Origin: a virus
Taxonomy: Duplodnaviria > Heunggongvirae > Uroviricota > Caudoviricetes
IMG/VR virus record: IMGVR_UViG_3300030294_000676
Direction: 5' to 3' (one strand)
DNA: 64,000 nucleotides
Positions within the stretch are counted from its first letter, which is position 1. Every line of letters begins with the position of its first letter. The notes below the pieces were generated by a model, which was given only the letters and a program-made list of their open reading frames with translations, searched no databases and was not told where the DNA came from. The translations under genes were made by a program, and so were the position numbers. Positions 24,801 through 36,900 of the stretch are shown piece by piece.

Positions 24801-27800
24801 AATTTAATATTAAGTCAATATGAAAATCTTTCTACTAAAGGTGCATATATTCACCCATTTAAAAAGAGTTTTATTGAAATCAATACTAAAGAATCAGGAT
24901 GATTTAATGATTGGAGATTAGAAGAAAAAGAAAGAACTACAGGTTTTACAAAACGTATGGTAATTACTGGAGCTAGTATGACAATATTTAATAAAGGTCC
25001 TCAAGGAATTGAACCTCAAATTAAATTAGCAATATTTAAAGATCCAGAAGCTCAAGTATTTAATCAAGTTGGTGCATCAGATGATCAAAAAGTATTTGAT
25101 GGTGGTATTCCTGCTAACCCTTTCTTTGTTGCTCAATCTATATCTGCTCAACCTGGTAAAGGTTTAAACGGAACTCAAAAACCAATTGGTACTTCTATTC
25201 ACAATGGACATAGTACTTTTTTGAAATGTGCTACATTTGGAATGACTAATGAAAATATTAGAACTAGTATCAATTCTCCTTATAATCAAAGAGAATGGAT
25301 GAAGAAAATGAATCATTTTGATATATTCAAAGATTCTGATCATGATAATATATTTACATCTCTTACAGGAGAAGCTTTAAGTATTGATCTTGATAATTTA
25401 TATATTCCAATTAACGGAGAATTTAGACAAGTTATTTCTATTAAAAAAGCTGATGGTAAAGGTAAAACAAGTTATGAATTAAGTTACGCTAATGCAAATG
25501 GAGATATTGAAATTCAACCATTAAAAATTAAAAACTTATTTGATTTATGAGAAGCCTTTGGTGGAGCATTTTCATCTAAAAAGATTACTAAACTTTTAAA
25601 TGGTAGAACGATTGAAAAAATTGTTCAAACTGAACAATCAATTCAAATAGTAAATGAAATCATTAAAAAGCATGCTTTAAATGGAGGATTGAAATTAAAA
25701 GATAAAATGATTGCAATGTTTTTACCTGAATCTGCTGTTAAAAATGGTGCAACTAATATCAATCATACTGATGTTTTACATCATACTAATAAGTCAAAAC
25801 CTAATTGGTTTAACTTTGATACATCATTTTTTGGAATTCAATTAGATGCTGGTCACACTTCTGATGAATCATCTGTATCTGAAATTACACAAGTACTTTC
25901 TGCTGCATCTGAAAACAATGCAGCTCCTGAGTTATTTAATGATTTATATAATGGAATTGGATCAATAATTGATAATACTTTAAAACAATTCCAAAAGTTA
26001 GGTGGAGAAGATAAACTGAAACAACTGACTAAATTATTTGTAAAAAGTTTAGAGAATAGTTCACAAATAAATAACAGTAAAATTATTGTTGATTCTTTAT
26101 ATAAAAATGTTGAAGCTACTTTAAATCCTGCTGATTCTGATTTTATACCTTATGGTAATAAAACAATTTATAAACAATTTGTTTCATCAATAATTTCTAA
26201 AATAAATACGGATTATATTCGTCGTAAATTTAGGGGTGCTGCGATGGTTTTAAATCCATCTCAGGGCATTATGAAGATTTATGAGAACAATGTTGGCAAG
26301 ACATATATAATGGATGATATCCTTAGTAAATTTGATAAACTTTCTGATGAACTTAAAGCATCATTTGTTCCAATTGGTGATACTGAATATGATAAATTAA
26401 AATCTAAGATTGATCATGTTTTAAATTTTTCTGATGAATTCAAACCTAAACCTGTATTATTAAATGAAATCAATCCTTTAGATACAATACGAATTATTTT
26501 TACAGATAATAATGCTGTTGAAATTGGAGGAGTTGAATATAATAAATCTAACAATATAATTAATCTTGATAGAATTGAAAATTATTATAACTTTAAGAAT
26601 TTATTTGAAAATAGTCAATATGAATTTGAAAAAATATATGGACTTACTAGAGATTTAAAACCTGTTGAAATTACTTATAATGTTAATGGACTACGTCAAA
26701 ACTCATTTGATTTAGAAGCAGTTCAACTTAAATGAAATTTTGAACAAGCTATAAAGGTTTGGAAGAAAACTGGAGTATTTGCTCCACATCCACAAGTATT
26801 GAATTTCATTGATTATTTATCAAAGAATGATGAACGTTTTAAATCAATACATAGTATGATGCCATTAGATACTCATGAAACTCATAAAGATTACATGAGA
26901 GATTATTATGAATTTATTGGTAAATATTTGCAAAAATGAGTTAATAGATCATATACTTTATTAGAAAAAGGTGTTATTTTTAAAAGAACATCTGACGCTA
27001 CAACAGCTAATCCTTTTGATGAAATATTTAAATATAAATCAGGTGGTTCTGAAAAGAATGATACATTTGCTTATGGTATTGATCCAGAAGCTGAATATCT
27101 TAGTACAGATATAATTAGTGATTATGTACATAAACATGCTGAAAATATTATTCCTAAAGTTTATCAATCTGAATTTTCATTAGAAGAATTTAAACATGCT
27201 GATATAACTCCGAATTTCTTTGGAAATATTATCAATAATGCATTAAATGTTCCTAGAAAATTAGAACGTGATGTATTTTTATCTGACTCAAAGACTGGAA
27301 AGAAATTAGGTATTATTATAAATTCTGATAATAGATATACAATTGACAATGATGTTTTAAAAAGAAAAGATACTCAAATTGGAGAATCATTTTTTGTTAA
27401 CGAATCTACTGAAAATTTTAATGGAAAGGATGTAAGAGTTCGTAAAGATATGCAAGGTAAAAAGATGTATAATCTTCCAGAAGGTAGTAAATTATTTAAA
27501 GATAAATCAAATAATGAAATGTTAGTTGTTAATTCTTTAGAAGATTTAAAATCATTTATTAGTGGTAGTAAAAACAAATTTGATCTAATTGATGTAAATG
27601 ATTTTATGAACATTAATAAAAATATTGTATCTGATGATAATCTTGATTCTTTATTAGATGTATATAAACTTTTAGTTGATAATACAAATGATGCTGCATC
27701 AAGAACTTATTTGAAAAATAAACAAAAGTATTATCTTGAAATGAAAAATGCTGCTAAAACAGCAGGTTTATCTCAAGATTCTAAAACAAAAGATATTAGT

Positions 27801-30800
27801 AGTTATCTTTGAGATACTGGTGGATATCGTGATAAATTAAGAGAAAGTAGAGCTAAAGACAGTTATGTGTTTAACTTGAAAAATACTATGTTTAATTCAT
27901 GGAAAATGTCTAATCTATCATTAAGTGCTCGTATTCCTGCACAAGCTTATCAATCATTTATGTCTATGAATACTGTAGCATATACTCAAGAACACTTGAA
28001 TAATGCATTTGTATCTCACTGACAATTATGGTTACAAGGTTCTGACTTTGATATTGATAAAGTTTATATGATGATGTATGATTATAGAAATGGTTCTTTT
28101 GAAAAATGATCACCATTCTTTGATTTCTCATCTGATGATAACGTTAGAGATTCTTTAAGACTTCCTGCACCTAATGGAAAGGAATATACTAGAGGAAAGT
28201 TTGAAGGCGAAACATTTGTTATTCCTACAACCATGAATCCATTTAGATTAAAAGAAAGAGCTGATATTTATAACTATTTGAAAGATCATCCTGAAATTAA
28301 ATATATTGATAGTGAAAATGATTTAATTGCTGATAAATTTATTAAACAATTATCTAAACATAATAAATACAATAATGAAAATGGATTTAAAAACTTTGTA
28401 GTTAATAAGTTAATTGCATTAAGTACTAGTCCTAGAAATCAAGTTGCATCTTATTCTCCAATCTCATTTGGTAAGTATACAGAAATTGGTAAGAAAATTG
28501 ATGGTTCTTATGCTTTAAGTAATTATGATGGTCATACAACATTCTTACAACAAGAACAAAATGCTGTAGGTAAAAAAGTAATTGGAGCTGCTGCTACAGG
28601 ACTTAAAGATTATTTTGCTTTAGTTACATATTATTCTAATTATTATAATGGTGAAGTAACATCAGAAGATAATGAATTCTTTAGTAGAAACTTTCATATT
28701 TTAGGTAAGAACTACAATCTTAAAAAGATTGGAGGATTAAACTTAACAGAAAAAGCAACTAAAACTTTAGAAGATATTGTATATAAAAATCTTAAAGAAG
28801 TTAATCTAACTAAGAAAGATGGATCTTTATTTAACGATGAAGAGAAATTAGAGTTATCTAAAGTTCTTGATGAAAATGATCCGGCTTTAAATATATCTGC
28901 TTTATTATCTCTTGCAACTGATAATGCTAAAGAGTTAATGTTAGCTAAAATTAATGCTGGTATAGATTTTGCTTCAATGCATATTTATATGTTAGTATTA
29001 GGAATGGATGAAGCACTTATTGGTAAATTTATGACTAGTGATGATGCGTTAAAAATTAAAGCTGCTTTACAAGAAGACTTCTTTAAATCTGGTAAAAGTT
29101 CATCAATTGATGCACAATTAGGAAAACTTAATCCTGCTAAAGCTGGAATTAATAAAGCTTATTTTGATGAGTTTATTAAAATTTATAACTATTCTAAAGA
29201 ACTTAAAACTTTGGGTGGATTACTATCTGCTAATCAAGGTATTAAAGCTTCTGAAATTGATATATATAATATTGTTAGAAAAATTAATTCAGTTGTTACA
29301 TCTCAACAAAATACAATATTTGAAGAAGTTAAAACGGATTTAAATAATGTTAAAAAACAATGAAATGAAGCATCTTCATCTGAACAAACTTTAATACTTA
29401 AAGAATTTAATAAAACTTTATTACCTGAGTTAGTTAGAATAATTAAAACTGACAAACCTCATTTATCAGAAGGTTATATTAAAGGAAGATTATCTGATGC
29501 TGTATTAGCTGGAATTGTATTTGGTGGAGTTGATATCAATCGTTATTACGAAAGTATGGATCATCCTATTACAACAGAACCAAGATATTTTGAAGCTGTT
29601 ACAGGTTATTATAATTTATTGAAATATACATTCAATGTATTAGATGTTGTAAATAAGTTACCTCACTTTAATGGAATGTTGAAATCATTTAATTATAGTG
29701 AAAAAACAATGAGAACTGATATTAATAAATATGCTTTCGTTACTGATTTTACTCATGCTTTAGTTGATATAGGTAGAGATAATGGTGAATTAGACCATAA
29801 AGATATTGTTAAACAAACAAGAGCAATGTCAAATATCGATAATTCTGTACAACTTAGAGAAAAAGTACTATCTGGAGCAGGTGATGCTTATGATAATTAT
29901 GTATCACAAGAATGGCTTAAAAATTTAAATTTACAATTAGACATTGTTCAAATCATGAAATACTTAAATATAAAAGAGATGAATATACTCGATCCTGATA
30001 AACAAAGGATTAGTACTTCTGAAATTAAATTAAGTACAGATCCTGATACTAAAGAAGAATCTTTAAATACTCCTTATAGAATTATTGATCTTGGAACTGA
30101 ATTTGGATTAGCACAATACAAATATATTATGGAGAATTATTTAATTAATTCACTTAAATCTAAATTTAAGAGTAATAACTTCTTAAAAGATTATAAGTTT
30201 GGAAACAATAAAATATTCAATATGCAACGTCAGATTAAATTCTATGATGATAAATCAAATCATAAAATAATGACTAAGATTCAACATGGTCTCAATTTAT
30301 TTAATGAAAATCGTGATGATAAATATAATTTAAATATCAAAGTATCTCAGACTGATCCTGGATCAAATAAGTACAATTCTGAGAATATTAGAGCTTTAGA
30401 TTTACTATATTTGTATAATCATTTAGTCAACGAAGGACGATTTGGTGGAAATAGAGCAACTATATTTTTCTCACAAGATATGGAAAATCCTAACACTTTC
30501 TCAAGAAAATTCGTAGAATTCCAAAGGATGATGGACTTAGATAAAAATCTAATCCCAAAATTAATGGATAGAATTAAAACTGATAAAGATTTTAGACATG
30601 TATTATATTTACAGATATTTGGAAAGAGAGATTTAGAACAAAAATCTGTAGCTAGATCTCAAGATATGTCTGATATTGAAAATCCAGTTGATATTGTTGA
30701 TTCTGTTAAGAATAGATATTATACTTTATTAGACTCTTTAGATGAATCTGAAATTGCTAGTGAGGAAAGAAAGAATTTAGAAAAACAAATTTTAAATAGT

Positions 30801-30845
30801 CTAACATCTATAAATGGTGTATTAGAAACTAAATGTAATAAATAA
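21891..30845 (+). CDS. Giant virion-packaged DNA-dependent RNA polymerase (2984 aa, 12 TGA=Trp)
   Basis: Frame 0 is open with TGA=Trp. Catalytic region ARIPAQAYQSFM...QLWLQGSDFDIDK (DFDID at 28044-28058, missed by the ORF track). Also LFDL-W-EAFGGA, FLPESAVKNG, GIQLDAGH and RRKFRGAAMVLNPS, typical of crAss-like RNAPs. Confidence 0.9.
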
Positions 30846-33800
30846 TGAGTTGTGAAATAATACTTAACGTTGGAGGTAAGAAATATAATTTAGGTTCAGT
30901 TGAAAAACCTGTTACTGATATTAATGAAATTAAAAAATTATTATCAGGTAGAAGTTTGGATGAACTTAAATCAATTATGGAAATGCTTCCACAATTTGAT
31001 TCAATTGAGAATATTGAACTTACAAACATTAATGAAAATTCCGTGGGGCTTTACAGCCCTGCGGAGTTGATTAAAGATAAGAATGTAATTAAATTAATGC
31101 AAGGACTTAATATTCCTAAACCATCATGGACCTCTAAAATGGTTATTGCTGGAATTGCAAATGAAAACGTAAAAACTCAATTTCATAAAGGTCATATATT
31201 TTTAAATCTAAATTATGCTTATGATGAACAAAATAAGATAATGGCTTTAACTGAGTTGGCATTAAATTTATACGATAATGATAATTACATTAAAAACTCT
31301 GAAACTCTTAGAACTGGTACTGATGCACAAAGAACTGAGATATTAAATAATATAATTAATCCAGGATTTGGAGATAAATCTAAATTACTTAGTAAATTAT
31401 TATTTGTTTATAATGAAGCATCTTATAAAAATACTATAGATGTTAACGGTGTATCAGATTTAATAAATACAAGAGATTCAGCTTACACTATAAAATCTAA
31501 CTTTGAAACTAAAGTATTAAAAGAAAATCGTGATTATTATTATCAACCTGCTGAAAAAACTCTAATTAAAAATCTTAGACAAGGTGATTTAATTGGAGTT
31601 AAATTTGGAGATAAAACTATTTATGAAATCTTTTTTGATTATAAAGTAGATACTGATGGTAATAAAGTTATTACTACAATTTCAGGTGGGGATGGATTAA
31701 CAACACGTAAATCATTACTTAAATCAGATTATATATATTCTAGAAAAGTTGATGATACTACAATTAAACCTGTATACAAATCAAGTAAAACTGAATCTGA
31801 ATTATCTATAAATAAATTTAGTAAAGTTAAGTGAGGTACTATGCTTGATTTAATTAAATCTGGTAGAGTTAAAGTAAAAGTTGGAAGAAGTAAAACGTAT
31901 AGAGAAATTTCTGAAATAAATGGTTCTATGTTAACTGTTAATGGAGAACAAGTTCCAGTAAGTGATATTAAAAACTTTTCAATCGGAACAGATGTTGATA
32001 CAAATACATTTAAAAGTCATACGATTTCAGAAATTGAAAATAATGATGCTTGACAACCTGTACAATTTGGAGTAATGAATGGTGCACACGTTCTTGTTAA
32101 AGAAGATGATAAACTTGTTGATGCTATTGTATTAGCTCATGGTACTAGTCAATCTGATGCAGGAGATAAGAAAATTGTATATTATTTAACTAAGAACAAT
32201 ACTGTAAAATATGTTATGGAAAATAGTATTAAATATGTAACTTCTCCAAGTATTGATCATGTTATATCAGCTACTGAAAAGGTTAGTGTTAAACAATCAA
32301 TTAGTGATGTGTTTAAAACAGATTCAAATGGTAAGATATTAGATAACATGCAAGAAATATTTCTTAGTCCAAAGAAAAATAATCATGGAGCTTTTAAAAA
32401 TTCAGAATTTTCTATAGAGCAAATTAATAGTCAATCTACAATTAATAAAGATGATTTTATATATGATACTTCAACTGGTAATGTATTAAAAGTACTTGAA
32501 TCAGCTTATGATCATATTAAAACATCATCTGAGTTTGGAGGAGTTAATCGTTATATTGATGTAGCTACATCAGATTTAAATTTATCAAGATATTTATTAT
32601 TGAGTAATAAATCACAAAATGAATCTTTTGCTCAAGGTTGAATAATTAAAAACAGATTTAAACTTGGAAACACTCCTAATATAACTAATACTAATAGTCA
32701 AGAAGTTAAAGTTTATCAAAGTAAAACAGGTTATGTTTATAGTAGACCTATATCTGAATCTAAATACGAATCATCTGATATAGATATTACACAGAAATAT
32801 AAAGAGTCTTTAGCTGAACGCTATAAATGAAATTCAATTCCCGATAAACTTTATATGTATGAAGGTAATCCTATTAATGGACAAAAAGGTATATTAAAAG
32901 ATGATTTTAATACAGTAAAAATTGCATTGGATAATACAAGTTTTGATAAAGTATTTCAATATATAGTTCCAGGTTCTTATTTACTTGTAGAAGGAAACGC
33001 TAAACCTTTTATTGTTGAGAAAATGATTGGAGATAAACTATTAGTTTCTGCATATCATTATTCAAATATTCCTAATGTTGGAGACGATAGTAAAATAAAT
33101 CATGTTAAAGCAGAACGATTTTTTATTGGAGTAGATGCTACTAATATAAAACAATTGTTTTTACCAAAATGAGCAACCGATAATTTTGAAAAAGTTAAAG
33201 ATGTTGTTACTCAAAGTAATCCTTCTAAGAGTTCATATGTTACTGCTTACAGTAAATCTGATTCAGTTGAAATAGTTAACGCTATGATTGATGTTCTTCA
33301 AAATAAATTCGGAGTTCCGATCAATATTATTACAAATGATGATTTAAAAGACTTTACACATTTAGATGTAAATAATTCTGCGGCATTTGTTTATGAAGGT
33401 GGAGTTTATGTAAATGTTGATAAAGCTGGAATGGAAGAACCATTACACGAGATTCTACATTTAGTATTAGCTACAATGAAAAGTAATGATTCTGATTCTT
33501 ATTATAGAATTGTGAATTCAGTACAATATCATCCTATGTTTTCAGAAATATCTAAGAGTTATAATGGAGATATAAATGCTGATAAATTAGAGGAAACTTT
33601 TGTTAAATTATTAACAATGACAGTTAAAAGCAATATTAAACCTGATGAATTATTTACTGAGAAAGTATTTAATGAATCTATTAAAAAATCAATATCTGAT
33701 TTATTAAATTTAGATGCTGATTTAAAATGAGAAGATTCAATAGATTTATTAGGTCAACCAATTGATAGTATAATGACTCAGTTTGGTTCTAAATTAATAG

Positions 33801-33913
33801 GTGCAGAAGATGGATTAATTGATACTACAAACGCATTTGAAATGTTTAATGTATCAGGAAAGATAAAACAATTAATAAAAAATGATCAACTGATACAAGA
33901 TTGCAGTTATTAA
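30845..33913 (+). CDS. Giant virion protein 3 (1022 aa, 6 TGA=Trp) with zincin-like HExxH metallopeptidase motif
   Basis: Five track ORFs are in frame. EPLHEILHLVL at 33437-33469 with downstream EETFVK, preceded by AAFVYEGGVYVN. Starts MSC and ends CSY-TAA. Confidence 0.8.
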
Positions 33914-33924
33914 AATAAAATAAA

Positions 33925-36900
33925 ATGGATAAATGTAAATACTATTTAAATATAGACGGATTTAATGCAACTTTTAATTCGGATAAAGAACTAACAGATT
34001 TTGTTAAGAACAATCTGGATAAAGAAGTGGGTGTAAAACACAGTAGATCTGAAGATACACTAACCCAATCTTTACAAGACTTAACTTTAAATGTGTTAGA
34101 AGATAATACAGCAAAATCAAATATCGATCCTAAAGTATCTGATGGATTAACACCTTATAGTTTTATAAAACTTACACATAATATAAACGGGGAAGAGAAA
34201 TTACTCTCCCCCGAATTTATTGAAGCAAATTTTAAAAAGAATCAATTAGCTTTATTAAAAGTTAAATATCCTAATGAATCTGCTGCTGTTCTAATGGCAA
34301 GAGTTAATTTAAATTTATCTCTTGATAATAGAATGATGGAAATGAGTAAAATTGGTTCTAATCTTGTAAGATTGGCTTTATCTGATGCTGGTAAATTATA
34401 TAAGGATAAAGATATTGATATGTATTTAGAGAATCTTATGAAAGAGATTCATAATTATAATCAATTTGCATCTAAAGAATTTGATAAATTAGATGGAACG
34501 TCTAACTTTGAGAAAAAAGAATTTAATTTAGACAATTACAAAATAGCGATTGCTACACTTAAAAATGATTTAATTGTTTGAGGTAGAAAAATGCAATCGT
34601 CTAATAGTATTATTAAAATAGGTCAATCTGTAAACAGTACTGCTAATCATATGAATGGAAATATTCATGTATTAGAAATTGATGATAAAGGAATTCCTAA
34701 TTTATATGAAATTAAAGTTTCAAGAAATAAATATTCTGATTGGGATTCATCTAAGAAATTAGAAACTGATTATATTTTAGGAATAAAACGTCAGTTGTTA
34801 GATAGTTATGTTGATACAGCTCAATCTTCTTTAAATATACTACAATTAATTGTTCCTAAAAAAGGTAATAATATTGAAATAAATCCTAACGCTATTACAT
34901 TAGAAGAAATTTCAGACAGATCAAATTCATCATCAGGATTAGAATATAATTCAGGTAATATGAGTAATGATTTAAGAACTCTTATTCCTTCTAAAATCAA
35001 AAGGGATCATTTATCTACTACTGATTTAGATTCTGAAATTGTTGATACTTGTAAGATTGCATTTCCTGCTTATGATTATAAAACTAAAACAAAAGGTAAA
35101 TCTGTTGAAAATTTAGTTAAAGAGGCTATTGCTCGTTCAGAAGGTCAAGCTAAGATTTATATTGTAAATAATTTAAATACTGAAAGGATTGAAGAAGATA
35201 AAACTAAACTAGGTTGGGAAGAAAGATTTCAAGCTAAAGTTGAAGATTATGTAACAAAATGGACTAATGCTAAAGATAGTAAAATGAATGACCTTGTTAA
35301 GTCATTTAAAGCTGCTAAAAATAAAGAACATGGAATTCTTATTAATGGTAAGGAAGCTCCAATTCAAATGCAAAGAGTACTTAATAAATATTTAACACCT
35401 GAATGGGAAATAGTAAATGATGAAAATTCAATTCCTGAATTATCTCATGCTGGTGTATTATTATTTAGAAACATTAATACTCGAAGTGTAGAAGCTATTG
35501 CAATTACTATTAATGCTTTAGATCAAGTTAATGAATTTACTAGAGGTAATACTATTTTAGGTAAATTTAAACCTAATAAATCATTAGCTAATGATAGTAG
35601 AATACTTACAGCAAGTACAGCTAATATTGAAATAATGAAAGCTTTGACAGTATTAAATGCTTTAACTGATAACTTAAAAGGTTCAACAATTAATAATGTA
35701 TCTGTATATAACTGATTCAGTGATAAAGCGGATTTTATTCCAATTGATAAAGCTATTCATAATTTTAATTTATTAGGTGATGAAATTGTAAAAGTTAAAT
35801 CTGATTTTAAAAACAATTTTAAAACAGGAAATTTAAAAGCATCTGATATGATGAAAACCATATGAGGTGAAATTTTATCTAAAGCTGGTAATATTGATAA
35901 TTCTGCGTTAAAAACAACAATTGCTTCATATCGTCAAGATGATGAAGAAATGTCTACAGCTAATGATAAATTACAATGGTTTTTAAAGTTTAGAAATGAA
36001 CTTCTTGATAAATATGGAAACAGTCTTCAAAATAAAGACCAAACTGAAATTCAAGATTTCTCAGACCCTTTGAATTATATATACTATCTTGTATCATTAG
36101 GTGTATCATATTACACTAATTTAAATGATACATTTGATTATGCAACTCCTAGATATGGAATTAGAATTGGTGATGCTACTGATTGAATTAGAACTATGGT
36201 TATGGGAACATCTCCAGAATATGATAAGAATGGTAATAAGATTGTAGGTTTATTTCAAGGTCAACATTTCAATACTGCCGATGCTCTACAATCACAAGCT
36301 ATGACTCGTTTACACGGTATGATTACCATTGCACATAACAAAATTGCTTCTGAATTTAATAAAGAATCTGCTTCAATTGTAAGTGCAACTAATAAATACT
36401 ATGAAGCAATAGGTCGTTCTACTCTTCAAAAAATAATTATTGGAGATGCTGATCAATATCACAAAGTTTTCTTTGAACAACATAATGGTGTTATTGATAA
36501 TGATTTTAGATTTAAAAATCCATGAGATCTTAAATCTAATCTTGATAATCCTCAAAGAGCTTATTTAGAAACAGTAGTATTCAATATGTTTAAATATAGT
36601 CCTATAAATAAATACAATATTGAAACATTAGAAGAATTTAAAAAGCACGAAAACTTTAGTGAATGAACATCTATTGGATCTGATTTATTTAAAGCTCCAC
36701 TTGTTAAGAAAATGAGTTTAAGTAAATGAAAATCAATTACTACAGATGGTTTTAGAAAAACTGTTGGTAAATTCTGAGATGATACTAAAGGTTTATTAGA
36801 TCCTAGAGATATTACAGAAGAACAACGTGTTGAATCTTATGAATCAGTTAATGGATTTAAACGTATGTATAATCAATTTAAAAATACTAATGACAATTAT

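Noticed and set aside
21872-33936. Programmed frameshifts fusing the giant genes into one polyprotein
   Set aside because: Each junction has a TAA and a good A-rich start; the required shifts differ between junctions and no common slippery site was seen.
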